Notes: generated by a model not told the origin, from the letters alone. 64,000 nt of DNA from Octopus sinensis (GCF_006345805.1 NC_043002.1:29822001-29886000), one strand, 5' to 3'; shown: positions 13,416 to 26,859, numbered from the stretch's first letter. Numbers and translations: made by a program.

Positions 13416-14938
13416 AACAATTGTTTACTTTCTTCATGGAAAGTGTAAGACATTTGTCTACTTACATTAAATTCAGCTTTGTTTCCTTCATAAATGCTAT
13501 TTACGCCTGAGAATGTTGTGTACACAGAATTTATTTAGATTTGTGCAAAAACCACAGAAATGTGTTTCGTTTTTGGATTTGGTTTGCAAGATTCTTTATA
13601 TGAAATTTTACCGGTAAGTGTATTACATTATAAGGCACAAAAAGAAAATGACTCGCCCCAGGCACAACAGAAATGTGTTTTTACACAAATCTGAGTGAAG
13701 AATATTCTGCCGCGACTCTTCATGCAGTAAAAGGTCTTATCCTGTTTGAATACATTCGAACGTGTTAATGTGTATTTTACTTCATCCGGTTTTGCATCAG
13801 CATCTGGTTTTTGGTTACATTAAGCACTCGGCCCAAGCCTGTGGTTTGAGGATAAATTCCTTCCTTCATCAAAACAATTTCTGGAGAACAGAAGAAAATT
13901 TATTTAAATTTCAAGGTCATGGGCGTTCGCTTCCATCCTTGATGGAATGGTAAAAATCAAAATATCTGCATATACATTTATGCTTACATACTGTTAATAG
14001 TTTTGTTTACAAAAGTGTTTACCTTTCAGCGTTACTCTGAATTTCGTGTTTTATTTTGTTTCAATTTATGTAGTATGGAAAACGGACTGACGTTACTTCC
14101 ATTACAAACATCTACAGACACATTCAAATGTGAATAGTCAATCGTATATACATCAAGCTGTGGTTGATTGCTGAAAAGATAAAGAAAAACAAACACTGTA
14201 TTTAGAAAATTCATCGAACATTCGTTTTCCAATTTTACTAGAATTTTCCTAAGCCTTATAAAGAAGCATTTCTCCTTTGATCTCAGATAACACAACTTTG
14301 ATAAAAAATAATGAGGGCTAAAAACACATCCTCTTCCCTGTAAGTTTATGCTTTTATTCTAAGGATCTAGGTGCTGTGTGATTCTGTTATTACTAAAGGA
14401 ATTCATATTACCAGCCCTTTGGCTGTTTTTCAAATTACGCTGGGTAATATAGTATTGGCTGAGTTTATCTATGCTACAACTAGCAACAATCTGCTGTTTT
14501 CTGGGACATTTAGAAATTAGTAACCAACCTCTGATGAGAGCGTTAATAAAAGTCGAAACGTGTCAAACCGAACTTCTTATTCTTTTTGTTTTTTTACTTT
14601 TGAAAGATATAGAAAACACGTGGTTTAATCAAAGGGTCGACATTTACTGCAAGGCAAATAATGTGGTTTTCTAAAGATCTCTCATATTTGTACATAGTAT
14701 GTCTATTTATCCTATCCTTGGCTCATGCAACAATATATATATATGTATATGTGTGTATGTATGTATGTATGTATGTATGTATGTGTATATGTGTGTGTGG
14801 AGAGAGAGGGAAAGAAAGAGAGATACAAATATATACATACGTACATACATAGATATTTGCATATATATCCATACATGTGCATATTCTTTACATACATATA
14901 TATATATATATGCACATACATATGTTTGAATGTGTGAA

Positions 14939-14971
<33 letters not shown>

Positions 14972-14999
14972 GTGCGTGCGTGCGTGCGTATAAACATTT

Positions 15000-15200
15000 A
15001 TAATTTGAGGTGCGAATATTTGAATTAAGAAGAGATTCCCAAATGTCTCTTGTTCTTGATATAAATGAAGATCGATGGTGCTGCTCAACTTCTAAGATAT
15101 ATAAGCTAGCAATATTTTGGCACTCAATAGGCCATGGCGCCAATATTTTGCGGTCAATACAGACTGCGTATTGTTCAGGAGATGAAGTTTGAGACGGAAA
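15000..15200 (-). pseudogene. LINE (CR1/L2/Jockey group) RT C-terminal remnant
   Basis: HHRSSFISRTRDIWESL resembles the SF-PRT---WNSLP motif at the end of ORF2. Confidence 0.4.
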
Positions 15201-15293
15201 TTACGTTTCGTAAGTGAATAAAGAATAGAGGAAGTAAAAGATAGAACGAAAAAAATATATACAATACACCACACACGCACACATATATATATA

Positions 15294-15328
<35 letters not shown>

Positions 15329-16067
15329 TATATTTATATGTATATACACATATGCATGAGGATATATATATAGTGCGAGGGGAACAAATGGTGAGAGATC
15401 CCGTAGTTGTCAGGTTTATTGCCTCTGGTTAAAGACTGCTAAGAAAATATATAGAATGGACACACCAAGATAAAAGCATATGTATGTATATATGTATGTA
15501 TAAGTATGTGTATATCTATCGATCTATATATATATCTATCTACCTATATATATATATATGTATATATACATATATATATATATAATATATATATATATAT
15601 ATTATAATATATATATATATATAATATGATGTATATATGTATGTATGTATATGCATATATATAAATATATGTATAGGTGTGTGTTGAAATCTACGCGAAC
15701 GAAGATGCATGTAGAAAAATTTGGAGCAAAGAAAAGTTGTGGCAAACAGAACAAAATGCAATTAAGAGTATGAATAGAATTATCTGTTAGACAGTATCAG
15801 AAAGAGAGAAGTATGTTATTTTTTTTCTATGGGAATGTGTATATGTGTGTACACAAATATATAAGCAATATATATGTGTTTCGGAATGGCTAGTAAGTAC
15901 GTTTATATGTGTTACTCTGTGTATTTCTTAGAATATATACTGGTCTCGTACGTGAAAAGATTTTGCAGATTTCTACTTTGTGCGACGTGTAAAAATGCGT
16001 GAGCATATATGCGTGTTATATACGTGTTAGCTTATAATGATGATGAGAGACCTATCTACCTATTCAT

Positions 16068-16068
16068 A

Positions 16069-16134
<66 letters not shown>

Positions 16135-16205
16135 CCTATCTATCTATCTATCTATCTAATCTATCTATCTATCTATCTATCTATCTTATCTATCTATCTA
16201 TCTAC

Positions 16206-16242
<37 letters not shown>

Positions 16243-16258
16243 ATCTATCTATCTATCT
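16068..16258. repeat. (TATC)n/(GATA)n microsatellite
   Basis: Direct inspection. Others at 11720-11780, 26298-26410, 30682-30730, 36285-36380, 38680-38843 and 44528-44584. Confidence 0.97.
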
Positions 16259-17079
16259 GTTGTTGTCTGTCTATCTTGTCTCTCACTTGTCTCTCTCCTT
16301 CTTCTCTATATATATTACATCTACACACACATGTGTACTTATCTATATATTTTTCTCTCTCTCGTTCTTACACAACAATATGTATATATATAATATATAC
16401 ATGAGGCACACACACAGGCAGATATATATATATAATATATATATATATATAAATATATATCTATTATATATATACTTATATATATATATTATATATATAT
16501 ATTATATATATATCTATATATATAATATATATATATATATATATCTATATATATATTATATATATATATTAATCTGAATTAGCGGCATTTATCTTGAATT
16601 GCCACCTCAGGTAGTGAAATATCTTTCCGAGAAAGATAAATGAACATTTTTGCAGGAATTCATTTTGAAATAACACAGCAACTCTTTCTGTCCTTATTAT
16701 CTTCTAAAGAATAAATCGATGCCATCACTTGGATATGTGTCCAATCTTTCCATCTCTTCATTTTATTTTCGTCCCTCACTAACATCCGTTTCACTCACCC
16801 ACGCGGGATCACATCCAGTTAACATTTATACACGTTTCTGTACACACACATTTAATTATATGTATATATATATATATATATAGATATATATATATATACC
16901 TTTTAATTGTTTCAGTCATTAGACTGCGGCCATGCGTGGTGTACCGCCTTCAATCTATCGACCCCGCTTGCCTAACTGTTACAGGGTCATAACACAGCAA
17001 CATGGTGTCAAGCGCTGGGTGGGGGACAAACGTAAACACACATCATACATATATATATATCTATATATATATATTATAG

Positions 17080-17132
<53 letters not shown>

Positions 17133-17142
17133 TATATATATG

Positions 17143-17177
<35 letters not shown>

Positions 17178-17308
17178 ATATATATAGTATATTACACGTA
17201 TGGATGTATGCATATATACATATTTATTTTTATATATATATATAATATACGACGGGGTTCTTTCAATATTACGAACACATACACACACAGACATACAGAC
17301 ACACGCGC

Positions 17309-17600
17309 GTTTCAGTTATTGGAGCGCGGCCATGCTGGGATACCGCCTGAAGAATTTAGAGTCGAATGTATCGATCCCAGTACTTTTTTTTTAAAGCGTG
17401 GCTCTTATTTTATCATTCTCTTTTGTCGAACCCTGTAAGTGGTTGTCAAAAATTGGGGGTAGGGAAGAACACATGCATAAATACAGACAGGTTTATTTAT
17501 ATATACGAGGGATTTCTTTCAGTTTTCCTCTACCAAATCTGCACACAAGACTTTGGTCGCCCCGAGGCCATAGTAGAAGACATTTACTCAAGGTGCGGTT
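17309..17600 (-). mobile_element. SINE family B copy
   Basis: Tail TTTCAG..GCGGCCATGCTGG..ACCGCC and body TTCAGTTTTCCTCTACCAAATC..GAGGCCATAGTAGAAGACA. A separate tail fragment lies at 16900-17040. Confidence 0.75.
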
Positions 17601-17669
17601 TGTATGTGTATGTCTCAGTGCGCGCGCACGCGTGTGTGTCTGCGTCTGTATGTCTGTGTTTGTAATATT

Positions 17670-17975
17670 GAAAGAGTTGGTTTAAGACTTAGGGAGTTGC
17701 ACTCACGGCCACAATATTAATATCTCGTTTCGTGGTCCAGGTAAGGCATTTTTTCTTGAGCAAAACCCGTCATCTTGAGTTATTCTTAGAACGCTTTGAT
17801 TACTGACCTGTGGCACAACGTGCACTTGTATAATCAGTGTTGATTTGAGGGAGGAAAAGTGGTAGTTTATGTGCATCAGAAAAATTTGATCATTATAAGA
17901 AAATTGGTTATGCCGATTATTCTTCGAGAATTTGCGAAAGTCTCATCCGTTGTGTATCACAGCAGATTCCACTAC
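17670..17975 (+). mobile_element. Old tRNA-derived SINE family C
   Basis: Degenerate tRNA-like head followed by TTCTTGAGCAAAAC. The body TGTGGCACA...ATTTGATCATTA...TCCAC is homologous to 19650-19910. A cleaner head lies at 41425-41520. Confidence 0.55.
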
Positions 17976-18306
17976 GTATATAGACGATCATAAGCAAATG
18001 TGTGTTTGTGAGAAAGAGAGGGGGAGAGAGAGTGCGTATGTAAGTGTGTGTGTGCGCGCTTGTGTTTGTGTGTGTAAGCTCTTGCAGCGAATTTTTTTAA
18101 AATTTCGGCTTTTTCGCCATCATTTGTCAGTTTGATGAGACTGAGCAAGAATAAACATCGAGTTCTTCTCAAACTTTTCGTTGTAAAGAATGCTATTAAA
18201 ATGTGTTGAGTAATTTTTCATTTGCTTTTACATACGACATGACTAGTGGTTCCGGGTTCAGCACCACTACGTGGCACCTTCAGCAAGTATCTTCTACTAT
18301 AGTATC

Positions 18307-18345
<39 letters not shown>

Positions 18346-18351
<6 letters not shown>

Positions 18352-18552
18352 AATCCAAACATGAAAACACAAAGAGAAAACATAACAACGCGAGGATGTG
18401 GAACAAGTAGAGTGTTATTGGACGCTCATGAAAGGAAAGAAAGAAAGAGGATGTAACGTTTCGAGCGGAGCTCTTCGTCAGAAACATCGAAAAAGTAAAG
18501 ATCCAAGGAAGGGATGACGGAGGGAAAAAAATCGCCAAAGATACACACGCGG

Positions 18553-18555
<3 letters not shown>
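18346..18555 (-). mobile_element. ~210 bp non-coding element with hammerhead ribozyme motif (Penelope-type pseudo-LTR remnant)
   Basis: Complex sequence sharply bounded by (TA)n on both sides and containing the hammerhead core at 18450-18488. Confidence 0.7.
18450..18488 (-). ncRNA. Minimal type I hammerhead ribozyme motif
   Basis: Minus strand reads GATGT-TT-CTGACGA-A-GAGC-TCC-GCTC-GAA-ACGT-T-ACATC: CUGANGA and GAAA core, perfect 4-bp stem II, palindromic ACGT stem III and GATGT/ACATC stem I. Confidence 0.72.
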
Positions 18556-18597
<42 letters not shown>

Positions 18598-18953
18598 TGT
18601 GTGTGTGTCTGTGTTTGTCCCCCCTCACCATCGCTTCGCAACATCGATGCTGGTGTGGTTTACTTCTTCGTAACTTAGCGGTTCGGTAAAAAAGACCAAT
18701 AGAATAAGTACTAGGCTTACAAAAAATAAGTCCTTGGGTAGATTTGTTGACTAAAAGCGGTGCTCCAGCATGGCCACAGTCAAATGACTGAAACCAATAA
18801 AAGAATAAAAAGAAAATAATACTTTCATACATCCGTAAAACAAAACATACAAATCTGCACGTATACATACATACATACAAATCTGCACGTATACATACAT
18901 ACATACATACATACAAACATGCATACAAAACTACTCTGCTCTTGATGTTGAAA

Positions 18954-20836
18954 TTCCAATGAAGGAACCTTCGATCTATGTTAGAAAGCGACTCGTTCTC
19001 TATTGTCAAGAGATTTTGAAATACATTGAATAATGGCATACATAAATACATAAATACATACATACATACATTCATTCATACATACATATGACTGTATCAA
19101 AAAGGTAATCAATTGTGTTTTATACTCTATGACACATTGCACCTTCTCAGACTCATATAGTTTTCGAATGATTCCGCACATCTGGTTTGGTAGGAAAACC
19201 CAATATTCCTCTTGAATGAAACGCCTGTTCATCGTAGGGTAACTCATTTACAGCTGAGTAAACTGGAGCAACGTGAAACGTAAAGCTTAGTCAAGAATAC
19301 AATGCGTAAATGAAATGGTTCGACATCTTTTTCACGGCTTTATTATCCCGAGTTACACCTCAGGTAATGAAATGGCTTTTGAGAGAAATAAATGAACATT
19401 CTTGCAGAAATTCATTTTCAAATAGCATTGCAGCTCTTTCTGTCCCTATTATCTCTCCTCTCTCTCTCTCACACACACACACACATACGCACACACATAC
19501 ACATACACACACACACTCACACACACACACACACACACTCACACACACACCACACACACACACACACACACACTCATACACGTCCTATATTTCCATCTCT
19601 CCATTTTATTTTCATCTATCACTACATTCATTACATTCACCCGTGTGTAATCGCGAGATCAACGTTTCTATCTCTGGGTTAGATATGCGTTATGTTCTTG
19701 AGTGAAGCAGTTCATCTTATGTTCCTCTATGAGTACTTCGAAATCTGATGTGTGGCACACCATGTACCTCTACAGGCAACGTCAATTTGACGGGGTGAGT
19801 AAGCTTATGGGTAGCAAAAACATTTGATCATTAGAAACGAATTATTTGTGCAGGCTGTTTAGCAAGACTTTGTGAAATCCTCATCTGTCGTTTACGACAG
19901 GATAGTCCACCATGTTTATAAGCACACATATGCTTAAGTGTGCTTAAGTGCGTGCAGGTGTGTGCAGTATTTGCCCCTCTTCTCGACTAGAGTTACGTCC
20001 ACGAAATCAAACTTTGTCAAATTGGTTGTCACTGTAGTTCTTTATGAGATACTTCTTGAATTTGTCCATGACATGTTTGTTAATATGGCTTGAGATTGTA
20101 GGACCACTGTCTTTAAAAAGGGGCGAATAAAGGCGGGTGCGTTCTAAAGACGATAACATATCCAATAGATACGTCAAATAACGGGTCACCTCGCGTCTTC
20201 ACAGTAGGAATAACTAATATCAGCGCAAAACCTAGAAACCTTGTTCTAGTAATACATTCGGTTTCTACATGCCTGACGAAATACATTCGTTTGATGAGCC
20301 TACAAAATTTCAAGTTGCCATGGTGCCGAGTCAAATTTCATAAGCAATCTATATATATAGATATATAATATATATATATATATAATAATATATACTATAT
20401 ATATATAAGCGCATGCGTGGTTGTGTGGTTAGAAGCTTGCTTCCCAACCATATGGTTCAGGGTTCAGTCTCACTGCGTGGCAGATTGGGCAAGTGTCTTC
20501 TATAGCCTCGGCTCACTCAAAAAGCTTTTGAGTAGATTTAGTAAGACGTAAACTGAAAGAAACTGTCGTGTGTGAGTGTGTGAGTGTGTGTCTTTGTGTC
20601 TGTGCTTATCTCACACCACCACTTGATAACCGGTGGTGGTACGTTTGTCCCTATAGCTTAACTGTTCAAAGACCGACAGAATGAGGAACAGACTTTAAAA
20701 GCAGAAAGTACTGGTGTCGACACATTCGACTAAAGTTTCTTTAAGGCAGTGTCCCAGCATGGCCACGGTCTAGGAACATATATGTGTGTATTGTGTGTGT
20801 GTTGTGTGTGTGTGTTGTGGTGGTTTGTGTGTGGTG

Positions 20837-20867
<31 letters not shown>

Positions 20868-21850
20868 TGTGTGTGGTGTGGGTGTGTGTGGTGTGTGCTA
20901 ATCAAGAATACAAAATATATAACTTTAATTCCCGTAGAGATATTTTAAGTTAGGAATGATACTCATCAGAGAGCGAAAAGTGAAAATATCATTCAAGAGT
21001 GATGTAAAAGACAGAGAGAACGTTAGAGAAGAGAGAAGAGATGGAGAGAGAGAGAGAGAGAGGGAGGAGGGAGAGATAAAGAGAGGTAAAGAACAGGGAG
21101 AGGTGGAGAACTGAAGAACTAGTAAGAGCGGATAAAACAAGGAAACCAAACAGAAATGATGTAGGTATAAGATGATAAGAGGGATAAAGTAGAGGTGTAT
21201 GAAATAGAGATGAAAATATGAGAAATTTTAATAAAGGAGGTGGATTAGTTGANNNNNNNNNNNNNNNNNNNNNNNNNNNNNNNNNNNNNNNNNNNNNNNN
21301 NNNNNNNNNNNNNNNNNNNNNNNNNNNNNNNNNNNNNNNNNNNNNNNNNNNNTTCCAATGAAGGAACCTTCGATCTATGTTAGAAAGCGACTCGTTCTCT
21401 ATTGTCAAGAGATTTTGAAATACATTGAATAATGGCATACATAAATACATAAATACATACATACATACATTCATTCATACATACATATGACTGTATCAAA
21501 AAGGTAATCAATTGTGTTTTATACTCTATGACACATTGCACCTTCTCAGACTCATATAGTTTTCGAATGATTCCGCACATCTGGTTTGGTAGGAAAACCC
21601 AATATTCCTCTTGAATGAAACGCCTGTTCATCGTAGGGTAACTCATTTACAGCTGAGTAAACTGGAGCAACGTGAAACGTAAAGCTTAGTCAAGAATACA
21701 ATGCGTAAATGAAATGGTTCGACATCTTTTTCACGGCTTTATTATCCCGAGTTACACCTCAGGTAATGAAATGGCTTTTGAGAGAAATAAATGAACATTC
21801 TTGCAGAAATTCATTTTCAAATAGCATTGCAGCTCTTTCTGTCCCTATTA

Positions 21851-21884
<34 letters not shown>

Positions 21885-23233
21885 ACGCACACACATACAC
21901 ATACACACACACACTCACACACACACACACACACACTCACAACACACCACACACACACACACACACACACTCATACACGTCCTATATTTCCATCTCTCCA
22001 TTTTATTTTCATCTATCACTACATTCATTACATTCACCCGTGTGTAATCGCGAGATCAACGTTTCTATCTCTGGGTTAGATATGCGTTATGTTCTTGAGT
22101 GAAGCAGTTCATCTTATGTTCCTCTATGAGTACTTCGAAATCTGATGTGTGGCACACCATGTACCTCTACAGGCAACGTCAATTTGACGGGGTGAGTAAG
22201 CTTATGGGTAGCAAAAACATTTGATCATTAGAAACGAATTATTTGTGCAGGCTGTTTAGCAAGACTTTGTGAAATCCTCATCTGTCGTTTACGACAGGAT
22301 AGTCCACCATGTTTATAAGCACACATATGCTTAAGTGTGCTTAAGTGCGTGCAGGTGTGTGCAGTATTTGCCCCTCTTCTCGACTAGAGTTACGTCCACG
22401 AAATCAAACTTTGTCAAATTGGTTGTCACTGTAGTTCTTTATGAGATACTTCTTGAATTTGTCCATGACATGTTTGTTAATATGGCTTGAGATTGTAGGA
22501 CCACTGTCTTTAAAAAGGGGCGAATAAAGGCGGGTGCGCTTCTAAAGACGATAACATATCCAATAGATACGTCAAATAACGGGTCACCTCGCGTCTTCAC
22601 AGTAGGAATAACTAATATCAGCGCAAAACCTAGAAACCTTGTTCTAGTAATACATTCGGTTTCTACATGCCTGACGAAATACATTCGTTTGATGAGCCTA
22701 CAAAATTTCAAGTTGCCATGGTGCCGAGTCAAATTTCATAAGCAATCTATATATATAGATATATAATATATATATATATATAATAATATATACTATATAT
22801 ATATAAGCGCATGCGTGGTTGTGTGGTTAGAAGCTTGCTTCCCAACCATATGGTTCAGGGTTCAGTCTCACTGCGTGGCAGATTGGGCAAGTGTCTTCTA
22901 TAGCCTCGGACTCACTAAAAGCTTTTGAGTAGATTTAGTAGACGTAAACTGAAAGAAACTGTCGTGTGTGAGTGTGTGAGTGTGTGTCTTTGTGTCTGTG
23001 CTTATCTCACACCACCACTTGATAACCGGTGGTGGTACGTTTCTGTCCCTATAGCTTAACTGTTCAAAGACCGACAGAATGAGGAACAGACTTTAAAAAG
23101 CAGAAGTACTGGTGTCGACACATTCGACTAAAGTTTCTTTAAGGCAGTGTCCCAGCATGGCCACGGTCTAGTGCACATATATGTGTGTATGTGTGTGTGT
23201 GTTCGTGTGTGTGTGTGTGTGTTGTGTGTGGTG

Positions 23234-23294
<61 letters not shown>

Positions 23295-23427
23295 AATCAA
23301 GAATACAAAATATATAACTTTAATTCCCGTAGAGATATTTTAAGTTAGGAAATGATACTCATCAGAGAGCGAAAAGTGAAAATATCATTTCTAAGAGTGA
23401 TGTAAAGACAGAGAGAAAGTTAGAGAA

Positions 23428-23458
<31 letters not shown>

Positions 23459-23642
23459 GAGAGAGTAAAGAGAGGTAAAGAACAGGGAGAGGTGGAGAAC
23501 TGAAGAACTAGTAAGAGCGGATAAAACAAGGAAACAAACAGAAATGATGTAGGTATAAGATGATAAGAGGGATAAAGTAGAGGTGTATGAAATAGAGATG
23601 AAAATATTGAGAAATTTTTAATAAAGGAGGTGGATTAGTTGA
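18954..23642. other. 2.3 kb near-identical direct duplication flanking a 100-N scaffold gap
   Basis: 18954-21252 is repeated at 21353-23642, with Ns at 21253-21352. Differences are mostly 1-bp indels in homopolymers and microsatellites. Confidence 0.95.
20408..20772 (+). mobile_element. SINE family B copy (duplicated at about 22807-23170)
   Basis: GCGCATGCGTGGTTGTGTGGTTAGAAGCTTGCTTCCCAACC...GGTTCAGTCTCACTGCGTGGCAG..GGGCAAGTGTCTTCT (tRNA-like head + CORE-like block) through CCCAGCATGGCCAC. Confidence 0.85.
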
Positions 23643-24960
23643 AAAATAATACTGAGAAATAGAATGCAAAGAATGGAAGGTTTAAGAGAATAGGATCAGT
23701 AAGTGTCCAGAAGGATTGAATGTAAAAGAATAAGGGACAGAATAAAAAGTGAAGGGTGATTAGAATAAAATGGGGGAAAGAGGAGGCAAAGGAGAAAAAT
23801 TGTGGAGAGACATAAATAAAACGTAAATAAAAGTATATTTAAGTTTGGTAAAATGGAGTTTAAGGAAGATTGGAAGAGTGTAAGAGAGACAGAGAAAGAG
23901 AGAGGAGCAGAGAGAGGGGTAGAGAGAGAAGAGCAGAGAGACAGAGATAGATAGGTAGAGGGAGAAAGTGTACATGGCAGATTTAAAAGAAGCTATGAGA
24001 GATAGATCGAGGGATAGAATGAGAGAGGGGGAGAGAGAAGCTAACAATATAGGTATGTAGTTGGGTGCTGGACGATAATTAATAAACAAAAGGAAGGGGT
24101 AGAGTTGAAGTAAAAACAAGACAAAGAGAATGAAGGAAAATGAAGAGGATGAGGAAATAGAAAGGAAGAGCGGGTTATAATTAGAATTTTGCTAATTAGT
24201 ATGTTGTGTGTTTGTTGTTGGAAGTAACACATCAAGAAGAGTAAATCAAAGATCGAAAGAGGTAGAGAAAAAAATAGAAAGGGAGAGAGAGGAGGAAAGA
24301 TATAAATAAGATTAGAGAAGTCGAGAGGGAGAGAGAATTAGAGAGAGAGGGGAGGGAGAAATATAGAAAAAAAGACACGACTAAGGGACAGAGAGAGACG
24401 GAGACGGAGAGATGGGGATGTGGAGGGAAATTAAAGTGGGAGTATGTGGTCTGTTTAATGAGAAAGAACATATCAATGGCAGTTGAAGTCCGACTTAGCT
24501 ATAAATAACCAACAGATATGATTTACAGCCAATAAGTGACTAAAGAGTATTATTTAAGAAGGTGATTTAGTAGGGTCTTCACCGACATAACTACACATCA
24601 TGCTGCTCCCACACATATATCGGAAGAAGGAAGCTAATCAGTTTAAAATGAAACTGAAAGTGAAACGAGATTGACAGCTTCGCTGATTAAATTCAAAGAA
24701 GCAATCAAAATATTTGAATATAGTGTGACGTCACAACAGCTACTTATACGTTCTATATGCACAGATGCTTAAAATACCACGATAAGTATGTGTTTATACA
24801 TGAGTAGATATATGAGTTGTCACAACCACACACACACACGTACCTACGTATTGTATTGATATATTCAACCATACATACGGATATATGTATATATATATAT
24901 ATATACTATACATACTACATTCATATATATATATCTACATACACCTGAATGAAGCATGTG

Positions 24961-24991
<31 letters not shown>

Positions 24992-25024
24992 ATATATTAT
25001 AGTATATATATATATTAATATATA

Positions 25025-25055
<31 letters not shown>

Positions 25056-25648
25056 GATATATATATATAACAAGCCTAGATATGTATATATATACTTCAT
25101 ATATATGTGAGTATGTGTGTAAGCGTTTGCACCATGTATGTATATGAAATATATATTAAAATACATATACATACGTACATGTCTACACATAATACATACA
25201 TTCGTATATATATTTATATGTGTGTTTGTGTGTGTGCGCACATGTATATATATATATATATATACACACACATATATATGTATATATATACACACACATA
25301 TATATATGTATATATATATACATGTTATATATACGTATAAATACATGCTTGTATGTATACATATATATATACATATGTACATATATATCATATACATATA
25401 TCGATATATATATATATATTTATATTTATATATATATATGTATGTATATTGCATTTACTCAAGCACTCGCACATATACAGACACACACACACATTTATAC
25501 ATATGTACATATACGTAAAATATAATTATACATATACAATTTCTGCAAATATAAAAATATATACCAGTATGTATATAAAACTAGTCAAAACACTTTATGT
25601 ATTAATAATAAACGTTTATATTATTATAGATATATATATATATATATA

Positions 25649-25721
<73 letters not shown>

Positions 25722-25733
25722 CATGTGCGTGTG

Positions 25734-25768
<35 letters not shown>

Positions 25769-26178
25769 GTTATGTCGATGCTTTGTTTATTGAAAGGATT
25801 TCCAATCGGATCTTAAGCCTGAATGTAACTGGTGGGTGTCAGACCACAGACAGGAGCGAAACTGCTGGGAGAGGAGACCGACAACAAAAACAAAAGTGAT
25901 GTGTTTAACACTTTGTGCTATGACGTAAACGTGGGAAGCAAGGTTAGAAGCGAAGATGCAATAATAGAGTGTGCGGATGGAGTGATAGGGTGAGAGAAAA
26001 AAAGAGAGAGTAGCAAAATAGGTGGAGAAAATTGTAATATGTTGTAGTGAGGGAGAGAGGTTAAAATAGAAAAATGACAGGGGAGGAGGCGGGGTTAAAG
26101 CTAAATTAATACAAGATGGTGTATTAGTGGGTATGTCTATTTATACACACTTATATATCTATGTGTAATATTAGGTGC

Positions 26179-26230
<52 letters not shown>

Positions 26231-26297
26231 GATATATATACATATGCTTGTGTGTATATATGTGTGTGTGCGTGTATTCACACAACCACACACACAC

Positions 26298-26372
<75 letters not shown>

Positions 26373-26859
26373 CTCTGTCTATCTATCTATCTATTTATCT
26401 ATCTATCTACATCTATGTCTATGTGTGTGTGTACACATATTTCTGTGCGCGTGTTTGATCGTTTCGAAGGCCATTTTTATTGCGGTTTGGCATGGAGAAA
26501 TTTCTCGCTTTAGGCAATAGTTGTTAAAACATCAACAATAATTTCAGAGAGCTTTATGAGAACGCAATAAAGAATTATGAAGCCTGGTTAGTTATAATAG
26601 GCACCGGGTACCAAGAAAATCAACCATGAAAGGACTTCACTGATTTTCTATAACCTTTGTTTAAGAAAATCATTGGAAATTATCTGAAAACTTGCGACTC
26701 CGCCAGGTTAATTCAAAATATATTGTAGGCATGCAAAAGTATAATTTTGAATTAAATAAACTCGTAGATCAGTTCAAATGAGTTTAGGACATTTTACCAC
26801 TAAAAAAGCCATATTTACTGCGGTTTGCCGTGGGGAAAATTCTCGCTTTGTAAATTCAC

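Larger units (their letters stand above)
18240..18815 (+). mobile_element. SINE family B split by an insertion in its central microsatellite
   Basis: Head piece GGTTCCGGGTTCAGCACCACTACGTGGCACCTT at 18248-18300 and 3' half at 18595-18815 ending CAGTCAAATGACTGAAAC. The 18346-18555 element lies between them. Confidence 0.8.

Noticed and set aside
13205-13525. GNCLQWLSRR resembling the hAT transposase WLSR motif
   Set aside because: It is the antisense reading of a family-B SINE tail.
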